DNA from: Lepidodermella squamata
Lineage: Eukaryota > Animalia > Gastrotricha
Assembly: GCA_047495785.1 (NCBI GenBank)
Contig: JBLDXI010000020.1
Span: forward strand, 1,984,001 to 2,048,000
Direction: 5' to 3'
DNA: 64,000 nucleotides
Shown here in pieces: positions 51,317 through 62,464 of the stretch (position 1 is the stretch's first letter; every line of letters starts with the position of its first letter). A program made the translations under genes and the position numbers. Under the pieces are notes generated by a model. The model had not been told where the DNA came from, searched no databases, and saw nothing but the letters and a program-made list of their open reading frames with translations.

Positions 51317-53942
51317 TCACTCCAGTTGTTCCACCCCATCGTTGTTAGCGTTCGTTGCTAATGATAGAATTTCCTGTAGCATTTTGTTGCTATTTGTCGC
51401 TTGCGGCAAACGGCTGCACATAATGCCCGTCGCATGGGTCATTCGAGGAGTTGCTTCCATAAGTTTAACGACCGCATGCTGCATCAGAGCCATGCGAGAG
51501 CGCGCGATTTCTCTGTCGCCAGATGAATTTTGAGCTAAATAGGCGGCGTACGTGGCGTAGAGCTGCCGAACGTGAGCATGCAACTGGCTTCTGTCCATGG
51601 TAGACGAAGAACCCTCGCCTGAACATCGGAAAAAATTAGTGAAATTTCAATATTTGCTGACCTACATTTTTCAGGTTCAAGTTCACCGTTTTGAAATATC
51701 AGGAAAGCAAACAGGAAAGATAGATCGACTTTCGAAGGTTTCCAGTGATTGAAAAATTGAGCTGCATCAGCCGCCTCTTTTTGAAGGTACTGCAAAAAAT
51801 GAGAAAATTAAATTGAAATTGAAGAATTTTCATTTTTTGCTCGACATTTTTCAAATTAATTAAAAATAATAATTCAATTAATAATTGAAAAATTAATTTG
51901 AAAAATTATTAAATCTGGGTAATCCTAATAAAAAGCTGAGCAATATTTTGCATTTGAAAATTTCTTGGCCAAAATTTCTAATTTTTTTGAAGCTATATCC
52001 TTCAAGTTATACCGAAAATTCCGGTAGATAGGTGACCAGTTGAGTAACGCCATCCGGACTGATGTTGCAGCAGTAGGCTGGACCTTTTAAGCTTGCGGAG
52101 CTAGCAACGTTTAATGCTGGAAGGGCTAGTGACAACAGCTGGCAGCGATCCAGCAACGGCAGTGAGGTGAAGCCTGGAACTTGCTTCGTATAAGCCATGA
52201 CAGAGACGGCTATCTTTTCGAAATGCGGCATGAGCGTGCCGATGGCTGAGAAAGTGTCGCGAAAGTAGCCTCTGAATTCACTCAATGGGAGATCGCGTAA
52301 ATTTTCGGTCAAATCCGAGCCAGCATGAACGATAGCAGTTATCGTATTTTCGGCGATTGGGCATTCGCGGTGAATCGGGTATTTTACGAGCTGATCGTTT
52401 GACACTTTGACCAGTGAAGTTCGCTGCTCTTCACTAGAGGGCGATTTCGCTTTGGTGAGAATATAAAGGATACAAAACTTAAGAATGGAATCCTGTATAT
52501 TATGCTCATTTTGAGAACTAAGCTTTAGTCTGAAGAGCCATTTTTATCGATGTCTTTCATCGATTTTACAAATCAGGGATTTTTCTGATCAGCAATCAGC
52601 ATTCTGGGAAACCAACCAAGAAAAAGGTCATGCATGGGGCTAAAAAATTAAATAAAAAATGACAGGGTTATAAAAAATAGAGTGCGTCTGCTCGTACATA
52701 CAATATATGTATGCGATTTTTGCTGCTCGTACATATTATATTCGAGTACAAATATAGAATTTCAGCCTTGTACTCAATTTTGACCCGGCAAGTTTATTTT
52801 TTGAGGGCAAATGCCTTTAAAATAGGGTTAGACTCACCGGCAAATTTTTACCGGCCCATCGGTTTTGGTTCCTGATATTACAGACTTAGGGTATTTTCGA
52901 TTTTCAGGATGGCTAATATGAATATTTACCCCATGCATGCTAAACTTTGAGGGGAGGTTGGTCACGCAATTGCACGCAAAAGTCGATGCAATTATGATTA
53001 AAATTTGGAACATTTGCGATCAAAATTGATCAATCCGTACAAATTCAAAGTTAAGTATAAATAATTTTGAAATATATGTACGATTAGCAAAAATCCCGTA
53101 CATATTATATATGTACGAGCAGCCATTCCGTAAAAAATAAGAAAGGGAACTGTGAAATTTGAGAAACTTGAAAAAAGTTTAGTTCTAGGGCCTCAATTTC
53201 ACTAATGAATTAAGAAATAAAAAATCGCATTAAAAAATTCTCTGCGATTACTTATCGTCGATATTAGCTTTTTGACCCACTTTCAATTTTCAAACGAGGA
53301 GGACAGAAAGGATCATCTTCTCGCAATCACGTCATGATTGAGATCTTTTGAATTCAAGTGAAAAAGATCTTGTAAGGAGGAAATCTTGCTGTGAATCATA
53401 AGAAAAATCATTACGAAAATTTCAAAAATTCTAGAAAATTCCAGAACTCAAAGATACGGGCAATAGAAAGTCGCGCACGTTTTCAGCACTGAAGAAACTG
53501 CAAAAAATTAGCGCAAATTAGGTCCCTACAAGTATTTTAGCAGAGGAATCCTTTCCCAGCCCATTTTACAGGAATCGTTGACGAATTTATGGGCGCATAT
53601 AAAATAATTACGTTTTCCGCTGTGAAGCAGTTCGACCTGTTGGCATTTTACGTAGCGGCAAAGCGGGCAGAGGGATCTCCAAACCGAACCGGCATTCGTC
53701 AACGTTGAATTGACGTTGCTATCTATCAAACACTGATTCTGGCCGGTTAAGCACCGCAAAGACGTTGATCCTTTGATGCATCGCAATTGAAATCTCTTGA
53801 TTAAAAATTTGATTCCAATTAAAAAATTAAACTCTTGGAATTGTGTACATACCTTGCATGCCTCACACATCGGAACCTTGTAACGCCGCCTGGTCAATAC
53901 CAGTTGACAGACCTCGCAAAAGTTCATGCTTTGGTTGGACAT
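51317..53942 (-). CDS. Atypical nuclear receptor 5 of the array, 5 exons
   Basis: MSNQSMNFCEVCQLVLTRRRYKVPMCEACK|RFQLR...CPLCRYVKC. LBD signature VMAYTKQVPGFTSLPLLDRCQLL, then WKPSKVDLSFLFAFLIFQ and AF-2-like KMLQEIL. Confidence 0.88.
52688..53121. mobile_element. Intronic foldback/MITE-like element
   Basis: ctgctcgtacatacaatatatgtatgcgatttttgct and agcaaaaatcccgtacatattatatatgtacgagcag. Confidence 0.65.
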
Positions 53943-54603
53943 ATTAAAGGCCCTAGCTGCTAAAACCTATGAGTCTTTGATGTGTATTATTTCCGACGAT
54001 GAAAATCAAGTGAGAAGCATTCAGCAGCAATGTGAGAGCGTGTCGCTAATGTAAGGAATCCTAACGTCACCCGAAAAAATCGATAAAATATCCCTCATTT
54101 ACGTTAAAATTATCGAGCGTCTCTAAAACAGAGCATCACATTCCACAGACCGGTGGGCGGACAGGTAAATCTGCTTTTCGCCATGTTGTTGTTGCTAGCA
54201 TCGAACTTTGTGCCATATCCGCATGTTTCCAGCTCATAACATTGATCTGAAAAACGCAGACGCTGAAGAGTGGACGTTAGGACTATTACTGCAAGCCATT
54301 ACAGGTGCTTTAAAAGAGACATGAAAATATTGATTGTTTTAATGATCTCGATTCATGAGGAAGTTGACAGCCGTAGTCATTTTATTACTTCAACGGTGAA
54401 TGCGATGATGTCGAAGAACCGACAACGGCGCACTTGAACACGTGATATGGCTAATGCGGAAACTGGGCTAACATAGCTGATCGTTTATTATTAGCTTATT
54501 GTGAGATTCCGGAAAGTTCGCGGGCAAAAGTGCGGAATGTCCACATTAAAACGAATTTTCGAGATGTAAACCAAATAAAGGTATTTTCTCAACTTTGAGG
54601 ATA

Positions 54604-55411
54604 CCGTAAGGCGGTCTTACTTCGGACAAAAACGTGTTTTTGGGGCTTAGTTTTTCGAGGTGAACGAATTTTTTGACGGGCTTTATGTCAAAAGATGCGC
54701 CTTGAAAAACTGCATATTCTAGTATCAACTCCGGAAAACAATTAATTTTTCCTGTAAAGGTATTAAAGGAAAACTGGTCCGGCTAACTTCGGACACAACT
54801 GGGGTAACTTCGGACAGCTCAATGTGAATATTTAGATTGGGTCAAAGTTCACATTAAAGCAAGATAAAATTTGTGAGCAGATTTAAGAACAAAAAACTAA
54901 AAAAAAAACCAAAATGCATGATGAGGGATGCGAACCCACGATTATTGAATTGTGCTCTCAACGCAGCTTAGTGCTGTTCTCAATAAAATATGGAGTTTAA
55001 AAAATGTCAAGGTCAATTGACATCTTTTTGAATTTCCCGTAGTTTGAAGCTGTCCGAACTTACCCGGGACAAAATTTGTTTTCTAAAGTATTTCCTGGTC
55101 ACAATTTTCGTTAAAAATTGGTTTGAATATGACAGCATTACTAAATCGATGGTGCTCTATCTTTTCCGCTTCTAACCAGCAAAAAATACCTATCTGGTGA
55201 AAAGTTAGCAATTTTGGGTCGCGGGACATGACTGCCAAGAAGTTGGACTGTTCTTCGCATACTTATGTTTCTGGTGTCATTTGAAAGCCAAGACTCAGGG
55301 CTATCTTTTGCAATTTGAACGGTCTCTATATTCACCGGGGTTGAGGAGAAATTCCAGTTCAAAGTCAAAAGTGTCCGAAGTTACCCTGTCCGAAGTAAGA
55401 CCGCCTTACGG
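54604..55411. mobile_element. Non-autonomous DNA transposon, perfect ~25-bp TIRs (CCGTA...), TA TSD
   Basis: TA-ccgtaaggcggtcttacttcggaca ... tgtccgaagtaagaccgccttacgg-TA, with internal copies of taacttcggaca. Confidence 0.85.
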
Positions 55412-55518
55412 TATCGCAACATGGAAAATACCGCGAAATTAGCGCCCAGACCACGATCCCGCGTCCTGACTCAAAAATGGATGTGATTCTAGGAATTTAC
55501 GGTGAAATAAAAGGTATA

Positions 55519-56198
55519 CCGTAGTGTGGGGTAACTTGACCGGGGGTAATTTGGCCGGAAAAGTCGATTCACCATCGATATCACAACTAAATCAAATCTT
55601 TTCTCCGCGTTTTTTTTTCCATTGAGTCGATCTATGGCACTTGGGCTACATTGTGCACTTTTCCGAATTTTAAAATTATTGACGATTCAAAATCGATAAT
55701 CGATAATAACTGATCGATTTTGATTGTTGAAACTTTGCCATTGAAAATCTCGGCATTGAGGAAGTTTCAGACGACGCTGTTTCGCAGTTCAGATTCGGAA
55801 TTCTCTCGTTGAGATCTTTCAAAATACACCTCAAACTTGAAAATCAGCACTTGAAGTTTGTTGGGTAACTTGGCCGATTTTTAACGTGCGAAATGCGCAC
55901 TAAAATTTGGCCTGGACACGGAGAGGGCGTGATGAATCATCGCCCGAGTTTCTGCCAGATGGTTCATCGCCAGGTGAAATGCGGCCAAGTTGCCCCACTT
56001 GGACCCGATGCTTCAAACCCTGATAAAACCGACCAGGTGCATCGGCTTTTGACGGGGTTTGCGGCTATCGCTAGATCATCAAACGAGGAATCTGTTGATA
56101 TTAAATTTGCGGGGGGGGGGGGGGGGGGGGGGTTTACTATAAAAGCTCGTTTTGAGACGCTGAAAACTGTTTTCCGGCCAAGTAACCCCACACTACGG
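55519..56198. mobile_element. Non-autonomous DNA transposon, CCGTA TIRs, TA TSD, containing a 22-nt G run
   Basis: TA-ccgtagtgtggggtaacttgaccgg ... ccggccaagtaaccccacactacgg-TA, with internal gggtaacttggcc copies and poly-G at 56111-56132. Confidence 0.85.
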
Positions 56199-57337
56199 TA
56201 TTCCAAGTTCATCGACGAAGTTATAAGGTACTTTTCCTTCCATTCGATATTAGGTATCTCACTAATACATCAACAATAGGCTGGAAAAAGTACTGGAAAA
56301 AATCGACAAATTATTTTTGACAAGAATACCATTTTCAAAAGGAGACCGAATATGTATAGGCAAGTGTCTAGCGCATCAAAAAATAATGACCAGCACGCCC
56401 TATTGCTAACAATGTTGGGCGGAATCCCATTCTAAGGGCTTGTCAGAGGCCATTTTTTAGTGCTACGGCTGGCAACAATTTTGGCCACTGCACACCTAGT
56501 TTTCATCATCTGTGCGATCTTTTGTGTTCCAAACGCGTGAAATTACTTATTTTATCAGCTAAGAATGATTGCAATAGAAATGCTTTCGAAAAAATCGGTG
56601 AAACCATGCTAAAACGTGTTTTTTACCCACCGGCCAGAAGTTTTGTCCGAAAGTGTATGTTTGATCGGCTTAGCTATGTGGAATTGGACCTTCGGAAAAT
56701 GACTACGACATAAAAAGCGTAACACGTCGACCGCAGTGGACTCTATTTGATCCCTAAGAAATGTTGAAACCGGGGTTTCAAATTAGAGTAGGAATTCCTA
56801 ATAGGCTGCTATGACCTAACTTCGGCCAGCGGCCAAAATTGGGACTTCGGACATAAAGCAGTTTATTTTGCACGCAGTCATGTGTATGAGAGATCTTAGG
56901 ATACCCCTGCCGCAATATTATTCGTCCCAAAATGATTATTTGTTCAAGAGACAAGAGGGGTTCCCCAAATCAAAGTTTAAGTTGGCTTGCTTATAACATT
57001 TCTTAACAATGAAGTATTGCTCCAATCAAACGTGTGTCAGATTCAGATCACTTTATATGCGTTTTTCATAATATCTGCCAACTTGCCAAAAAAATTCCGA
57101 AATCGTTCAACAATAATGCAATTGTTATCGTCAGATGGAATAAGCCTCTCGCAGTCGGTTATTTGACGCCATTGCTTGCTCGGCACCACTTTCACCCTTG
57201 TAAATATTATCCTATTCTATTAAAATATAAGACTATGGTTGTTATGGCTGTATGTTGTATATCGGAAATTTGATGTCGAACGGCAAACACGCCCAGTTTG
57301 CATGAAAGTTTCCAGATCTTACTGATATTCGTCTGCT

Positions 57338-58450
57338 ATGTTATCGATTATTTTTCTATCAGGTATTTTATTCCAACCCGCATTCTCTTATGCGAACACG
57401 TCATCGATGCAGAGGGCTCGACGCCTTCTGTCGCTTTGTCCCCACCTCAGTGCCGAAAGCCCGGGCCCAATATGTGAAAATTGCTCAAGAGTAAACGTAA
57501 AAATTATCTCATACACCGCAACAGTTGGTGCCATCAACGATCAGCTACAAAGTTTCTCGGCAACAATGGATTTCAAAATACACTGGGATGGTTCGTGCAA
57601 CTGGCCAACTGTCGCTGCAAAGCTCAAAAACTCGGAAAAAGTGACATTTCCGGTTCACGATTCCATTTTCTGGCGGCCTAAATTTATCCATCTCAACCCA
57701 TTCGTAACTCACATGAGCGACAGCAACGCCGCAAGAATAAGCGTGGTAATCAGGCCTGATGGTGTCTTTTTTGTCTGGCTGTTCATGGTTAAACTAACGT
57801 CAACTTGCGATCTAAATGTGGCAATGTTCCCATTTGATACTCAAATTTGCAGTATCAAACTTAAAATCGCCACTCATCAGAGAAGGTTCTATAATCTGGT
57901 ATCTTCCGGAGGCACGTATGCTTACGGGCTTTTCGAGCACAATATTGACAATTGGCTAATCGTCGACAGATCAGCTACGGTCAGCAATAGGACGACTTAC
58001 AAGTATTCAATCACATTTCGGAGGAAACCGGCGTTTTACATGTGGAATCTCATTCTACCATTTGTTGTTCTGACATTCCTGGTATTCATCGTCCTAATCT
58101 TGGAACCTCGTCTGTCCGACCGGCCAGTTCTGGCTGTAACAATACTCTTAGCTCTCGTTTTCATGGAAGCCGACTCTCTGAAATATCTGCCGTTGAAACC
58201 TGGCTTCATTATGATGTCTGTATTCATGAAATGTTGCCAATTTAACACCTGCTTTATAACATTTTATTGCTTGGTCACTTGCGGGTTAGCTAACTCTTAC
58301 CCTGATTGGTATGACACTATTCTGCTCGAGAATTCGTTCTTCAAACTTGGAAATGGCCGTGCCTTGGATATTGCTGCTTTTACCATTCTTCTATTGGCCT
58401 ACGGTGTCTGCTTTGCATTCTTTTTACTTGTGCTGTTTTCTAATACTTAA
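57338..58450 (+). CDS. Divergent nicotinic-acetylcholine-receptor-like Cys-loop ligand-gated ion channel subunit, intronless
   Basis: Signal peptide, FWRPKF (loop A region), Cys-loop CDLNVAMFPFDTQIC, pre-M1 FRRKPAFYMWNLILP, four TM segments and a very short M3-M4 loop. No vicinal Cys in loop C. Confidence 0.9.
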   Translation: MLSIIFLSGILFQPAFSYANTSSMQRARRLLSLCPHLSAESPGPICENCSRVNVKIISYTATVGAINDQLQSFSATMDFKIHWDGSCNWPTVAAKLKNSEKVTFPVHDSIFWRPKFIHLNPFVTHMSDSNAARISVVIRPDGVFFVWLFMVKLTSTCDLNVAMFPFDTQICSIKLKIATHQRRFYNLVSSGGTYAYGLFEHNIDNWLIVDRSATVSNRTTYKYSITFRRKPAFYMWNLILPFVVLTFLVFIVLILEPRLSDRPVLAVTILLALVFMEADSLKYLPLKPGFIMMSVFMKCCQFNTCFITFYCLVTCGLANSYPDWYDTILLENSFFKLGNGRALDIAAFTILLLAYGVCFAFFLLVLFSNT

Positions 58451-59169
58451 CACATCATAAAAGAAACCAAACAGAAAATTCGCCTTTCTGCGGCTGTTTT
58501 GCCCATCCTGCATATACCTAGAATAAAAAATCTTCAAGAAGCACCCTCTCTCGTATAATAGAGCGCACCTAAGAATCTGCCAATCTGCAAAGTTTGAGCT
58601 AAAATTCAGGAAGTACGCGAATATTTGAATTTTTTTTGAATTTTTTCAGTTTTTCTGATTTTCTGGAAACTTTAATGGATTCCGCCTAGAGAAAAACAAA
58701 GCAAAACCAGTGACTCGCCGAACCTTAACCTTTGCCTGGCAATCTTCGATTCAATCCTCCAGTGCGCGAAGTAGAATCCTCGAACTAGGGGGTATTTTCG
58801 GGCCCCAATTTTATGAGCTTGTGGTTTTTTGGGGGTTTTTCCACTTTGACCTGCCGAACTGGGGGTACGATACCCCTCGTTTGTGCTTGGCTTGATTACG
58901 GTGAAGGTTCCAGAAATTTCTTTGACGAAAATCAAATTCGAAAATCACCTTTTCAGTGACCAACCGAAGAGACCAGAAGAAACTCTGGGATTTGTTTAGT
59001 TATCCTGTGGTTGGCAGCTGATGTCTCGCACCTGTATCGTTCAAAGCCTGCAAGCCGATGAATCGTCCCTCAGCATCATGTCTCACGAGCTTCACAAATT
59101 TTTGACAACATCAATGTCGCTATCAATTTTAAAATTTCTACAGCTTCCCGCCCTATATCGCGAGTTGGC

Positions 59170-59325
59170 GAGTGGGCGACAGAATGACTTGCCTAGAATA
59201 GAAATAGATGGCGTAATGCTTTTGATGCACCGAGAAACGGGCGCTGCAGGCACGCGACTGACTTGTCGAAGATGCAACCACTTAGTATACGCCATCTATT
59301 CTAGGCGAGTTGTATCGCCTAACCC
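59170..59325. repeat. Degenerate copy of the palindromic element at 62289-62464
   Basis: gtgggcgacagaatgacttgcctagaatagaaatagatggcgta ... tacgccatctattctaggcgagtt. Confidence 0.65.
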
Positions 59326-60030
59326 GCGATATGTAGCGGTGACCTAGTTTGCCGTGACCTTGTAAACTCGAGCACTCATCGATGTCCTTATTCGAGACGC
59401 AAGAGATCTTTTAATTTCCTAAATCGAAAGCCATCCATGTATCATGGTCATCAATGAAAAAAGTAATTCTATGAATAAGGAAAAATAGGCGATCAGAGCC
59501 GTATAAGTGGGCAGATGCGGGGTAAAATTTGCCCGCATATATAACGAAGACTGAACAGTGATTCATATTGCTCAGGGACGTTCAATGCACTAATTATTAT
59601 AATGATCAATTTACAAACTAAAATAAGGCGCCAGGCATTCAAGTAATCGCGAGCCACGGGGGAGGGAGGTCCAATGTCCGTCTACGCAATTTTCGTAGTG
59701 CGTGACTATATGCGAGGTCATTTCTTTCATGCCGCCTCACGCATTTTAATATCCACTAAAAATTAAGTCTTATGTACAGAACTTTTACTTTTTTCATTAG
59801 CTGGTTCGGAATATTTCACACAGACGACAGATTTCGTTCAAAAAATAAAGAAATTAAAAAATATTTATAACATCAAGTTGAGACATGAGATTTAAAAATT
59901 GAAAAAGTCGAACCTAAAAAATATCGCCGAGAGAGACAAGAAAATAATTTCTTGAAAGACCATGCAAGTGTCTCAACATATTTACGAATATAATAATTAA
60001 AAGACCGGATGAGCAGGTAAAAAAAGCTGG

Positions 60031-60931
60031 TTATTTTTCAACATTTCCAGGGCTGACGAAGATGTTGCTTTTTGAGCTTTGTTCTGAAATCAAAAGCGGG
60101 GTTCATTAAATAAGTTAATCAGTGACGTGAAGGATTTCGAACCTTGGTAAAACACTGCGGCAAACAAAAAATTAGCTATTTCTTCAACAGACGGCTTCCA
60201 GTATTGACTCAACTCGGGAGATGAGCTTGCCACAAAATTATTCTAGGGAAAATAATTTAGTAAAATATAAAATTCGATAAATCATTGTTACCAATTGTAT
60301 GTAATTGTTGTAGCTTGGGAAATGAAGCTGATCGGGCAAATTCATCGTCGATTGGGCGAGATTGTTTGACGGAGAAGAAAACGCACTTGCGGGCTTGTTA
60401 TTGTCATCGCTGTTGCGCCGTTTCATCAAAATCGCATCCGCATCGGCTGAAGTCGCTGAAAATGACTTCAACGGCGTTCTCACTATAATACCGGCAAAAT
60501 TATATCGTAAAATTCATTAAATTTATGCTGTACCTTGTGTATTCATTTCTACGGCCTGGCATTTCGTGAACCGACATTTGGGACACATGACTCGAAGCAC
60601 AGAGCCAGCTTTTGACAAAGCAAATTCATCATTGGCAAGCCCGGATAGGCAATCATTTCGGCCTGTGAAACATTGAAGTTCGTCCGTACCTTTACAATTT
60701 CTTAAGTAAAATCGCTGCGAAAATTTGAAATTGTTTAAGGAGGATTTTTTTCAAGGTTAACGAATTTACTTTGCAAGCCTCGCAAATTGGAGCCTTATAA
60801 CGCCGCTTGGTTGTTACCGCAATTTTGCAAACCTGTATTAGACAAATCCAATTATTATATTAGCTCGAAATGTTTTTTTTTACTTGGCAGTTGAAGCAGG
60901 ATTTGACCTCGGCAGTTTGCATGGGATTCAT
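60031..60931 (-). CDS. Atypical nuclear receptor 6 of the array with an internally deleted and truncated LBD, 6 exons
   Basis: MNPMQTAEVKSCFNCQ|VCKIAVTTKRRYKAPICEACK|RFYLRN...CPKCRFTKCQAVEM. A short hinge is spliced in phase to YWKPSVEEIANFLFAAVFYQ and then a ~17-aa last exon. No LPGF signature exon is present. Confidence 0.75.
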
Positions 60932-62288
60932 GGTCGAAGAAAAAACGCAAAAGTTTTTGGATCAGATATTATAAAAAGTGTAATATCGATAATAGGTGAG
61001 ACTATTTTCGTACGACAACTGATGTTTTGCGCTGTGATTTCTAGCGCCGCCGTCTGTCATGTTCCTCTCTCATTTCGACATCTTTTTTTTGTCCTGGGCG
61101 CGCTGCGCAACTGTACGTGGCGAAAAAAGTGTAACGCGCCACGGCACTCCCGCATCGCCTACGTGATGATGATGATGATAGAGCATTCCTATCTCTCGGC
61201 TTGTAGAAATTAGTTCAAATCGACTAAGCGCATTACGTTTTTTTCAATGGATCACCACCTGGACGCGTAGACAAGTTGTCGTAGCAATAAGTGAGTCGTT
61301 GCTATCTTGTTATTAGAAGTGTCACGTCGTACGTGAGGTCTATTTATTACTGCGTATTATCGCAGCTTAATCACCGTACATCGCCCACTCTGAAAAAGTA
61401 AAAAAATAATAGGCAACTTTTAATGTCTTCACGAAGCCGCTTATTATTATTATGATCAGAAAAATGTCGTGCGTCTCTTTCTCTATGTTTTGATGTCCAG
61501 GTGAAATCGTCCAACGCCCGCATGTCCCCACCGCTTCAACGCAAAACATCGCTCGCAATTTGTCCTGTTAGATGTTCTACGCCATAACAAATTGGGATTC
61601 AACAATAATTTATTGTCTTCATGTATGCGGAAAAAATTGAATCACGCCAAAACGTCGCAAAACAGATACACGCTGCGTTAATACAACAGACCGTACGTGA
61701 AAATCGATAAATTTGAAATTGAATATACTCACCTTATTATTGTGTTAACGGGTTTTAATTAAGGTGGGTCGAACTGGCGCGGTGCGCGTCATAACGTCAT
61801 GTCCCCTAGATGAAAGCCAAACTGTTGAACTGAATTTTGCCATCGTAGTTCGATGTTTTATCGATCGTCTGGATTTACAGAGCCTCTAATTTTGTCACCT
61901 TCCAACATTCGACCGTCCGGTCGAAATTTGAACATTATAATGATGGCCCTGCAGCAGTTGTTTTTTGTTCAAAATTCATGAAATTTGCACTCAATCTGTT
62001 TCATGATTTTTCTAACGTGTGATCACTAAAAAAATGCATTTTATTTGGGCGAGAAGATGATGTAAAAGGGGCCTGGGTAATTTTCACATCCTGGTCGCCA
62101 ATTTGCAGGTAAAAATATACAAAAAGACCACTTATTACAGCCTCACTACTATCTAGTCTAATACTACGTAACATTAATACCAACATTTTTCCAAATGTAA
62201 GTGCAAGTTTAGGGGCGCCTATGGAACCTGAAACACCGGATATCGCTATCTACGTCACATGGATATCGCGAGAAAATGAATAAATATT

Positions 62289-62464
62289 ATTTATTTATTT
62301 ATCTGTGGGTGGGCGACAGAACGACTTGCCTATAATAGAAACAAATGGCGTAAAACTAATAAAATTGTGCACTTAACGTCGAGTGAGTCGATTTTCATTA
62401 TAGGCCATTTGTTTCTATTCTAAGGAAGTCGTTCTGTCGCCCACCCACAGATAAATAAATAATA
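62289..62464. repeat. Near-perfect hairpin (palindromic MITE-like element)
   Basis: ttatttatttatctgtgggtgggcgacagaacgacttgcctataatagaaacaaatggc and gccatttgtttctattctaaggaagtcgttctgtcgcccacccacagataaataaataa. Confidence 0.8.

Noticed and set aside
54915-54970. tRNA-like B-box fragment (gagggatgcgaacccacg) on the minus strand
   Set aside because: No complete cloverleaf can be folded and it lies inside a DNA transposon; at most a decayed tRNA/SINE remnant.
55893-56279. 128-aa and 82-aa ORFs with poly-Gly or poly-Pro
   Set aside because: They arise from the G22 run within a non-autonomous transposon; no transposase motifs are present.
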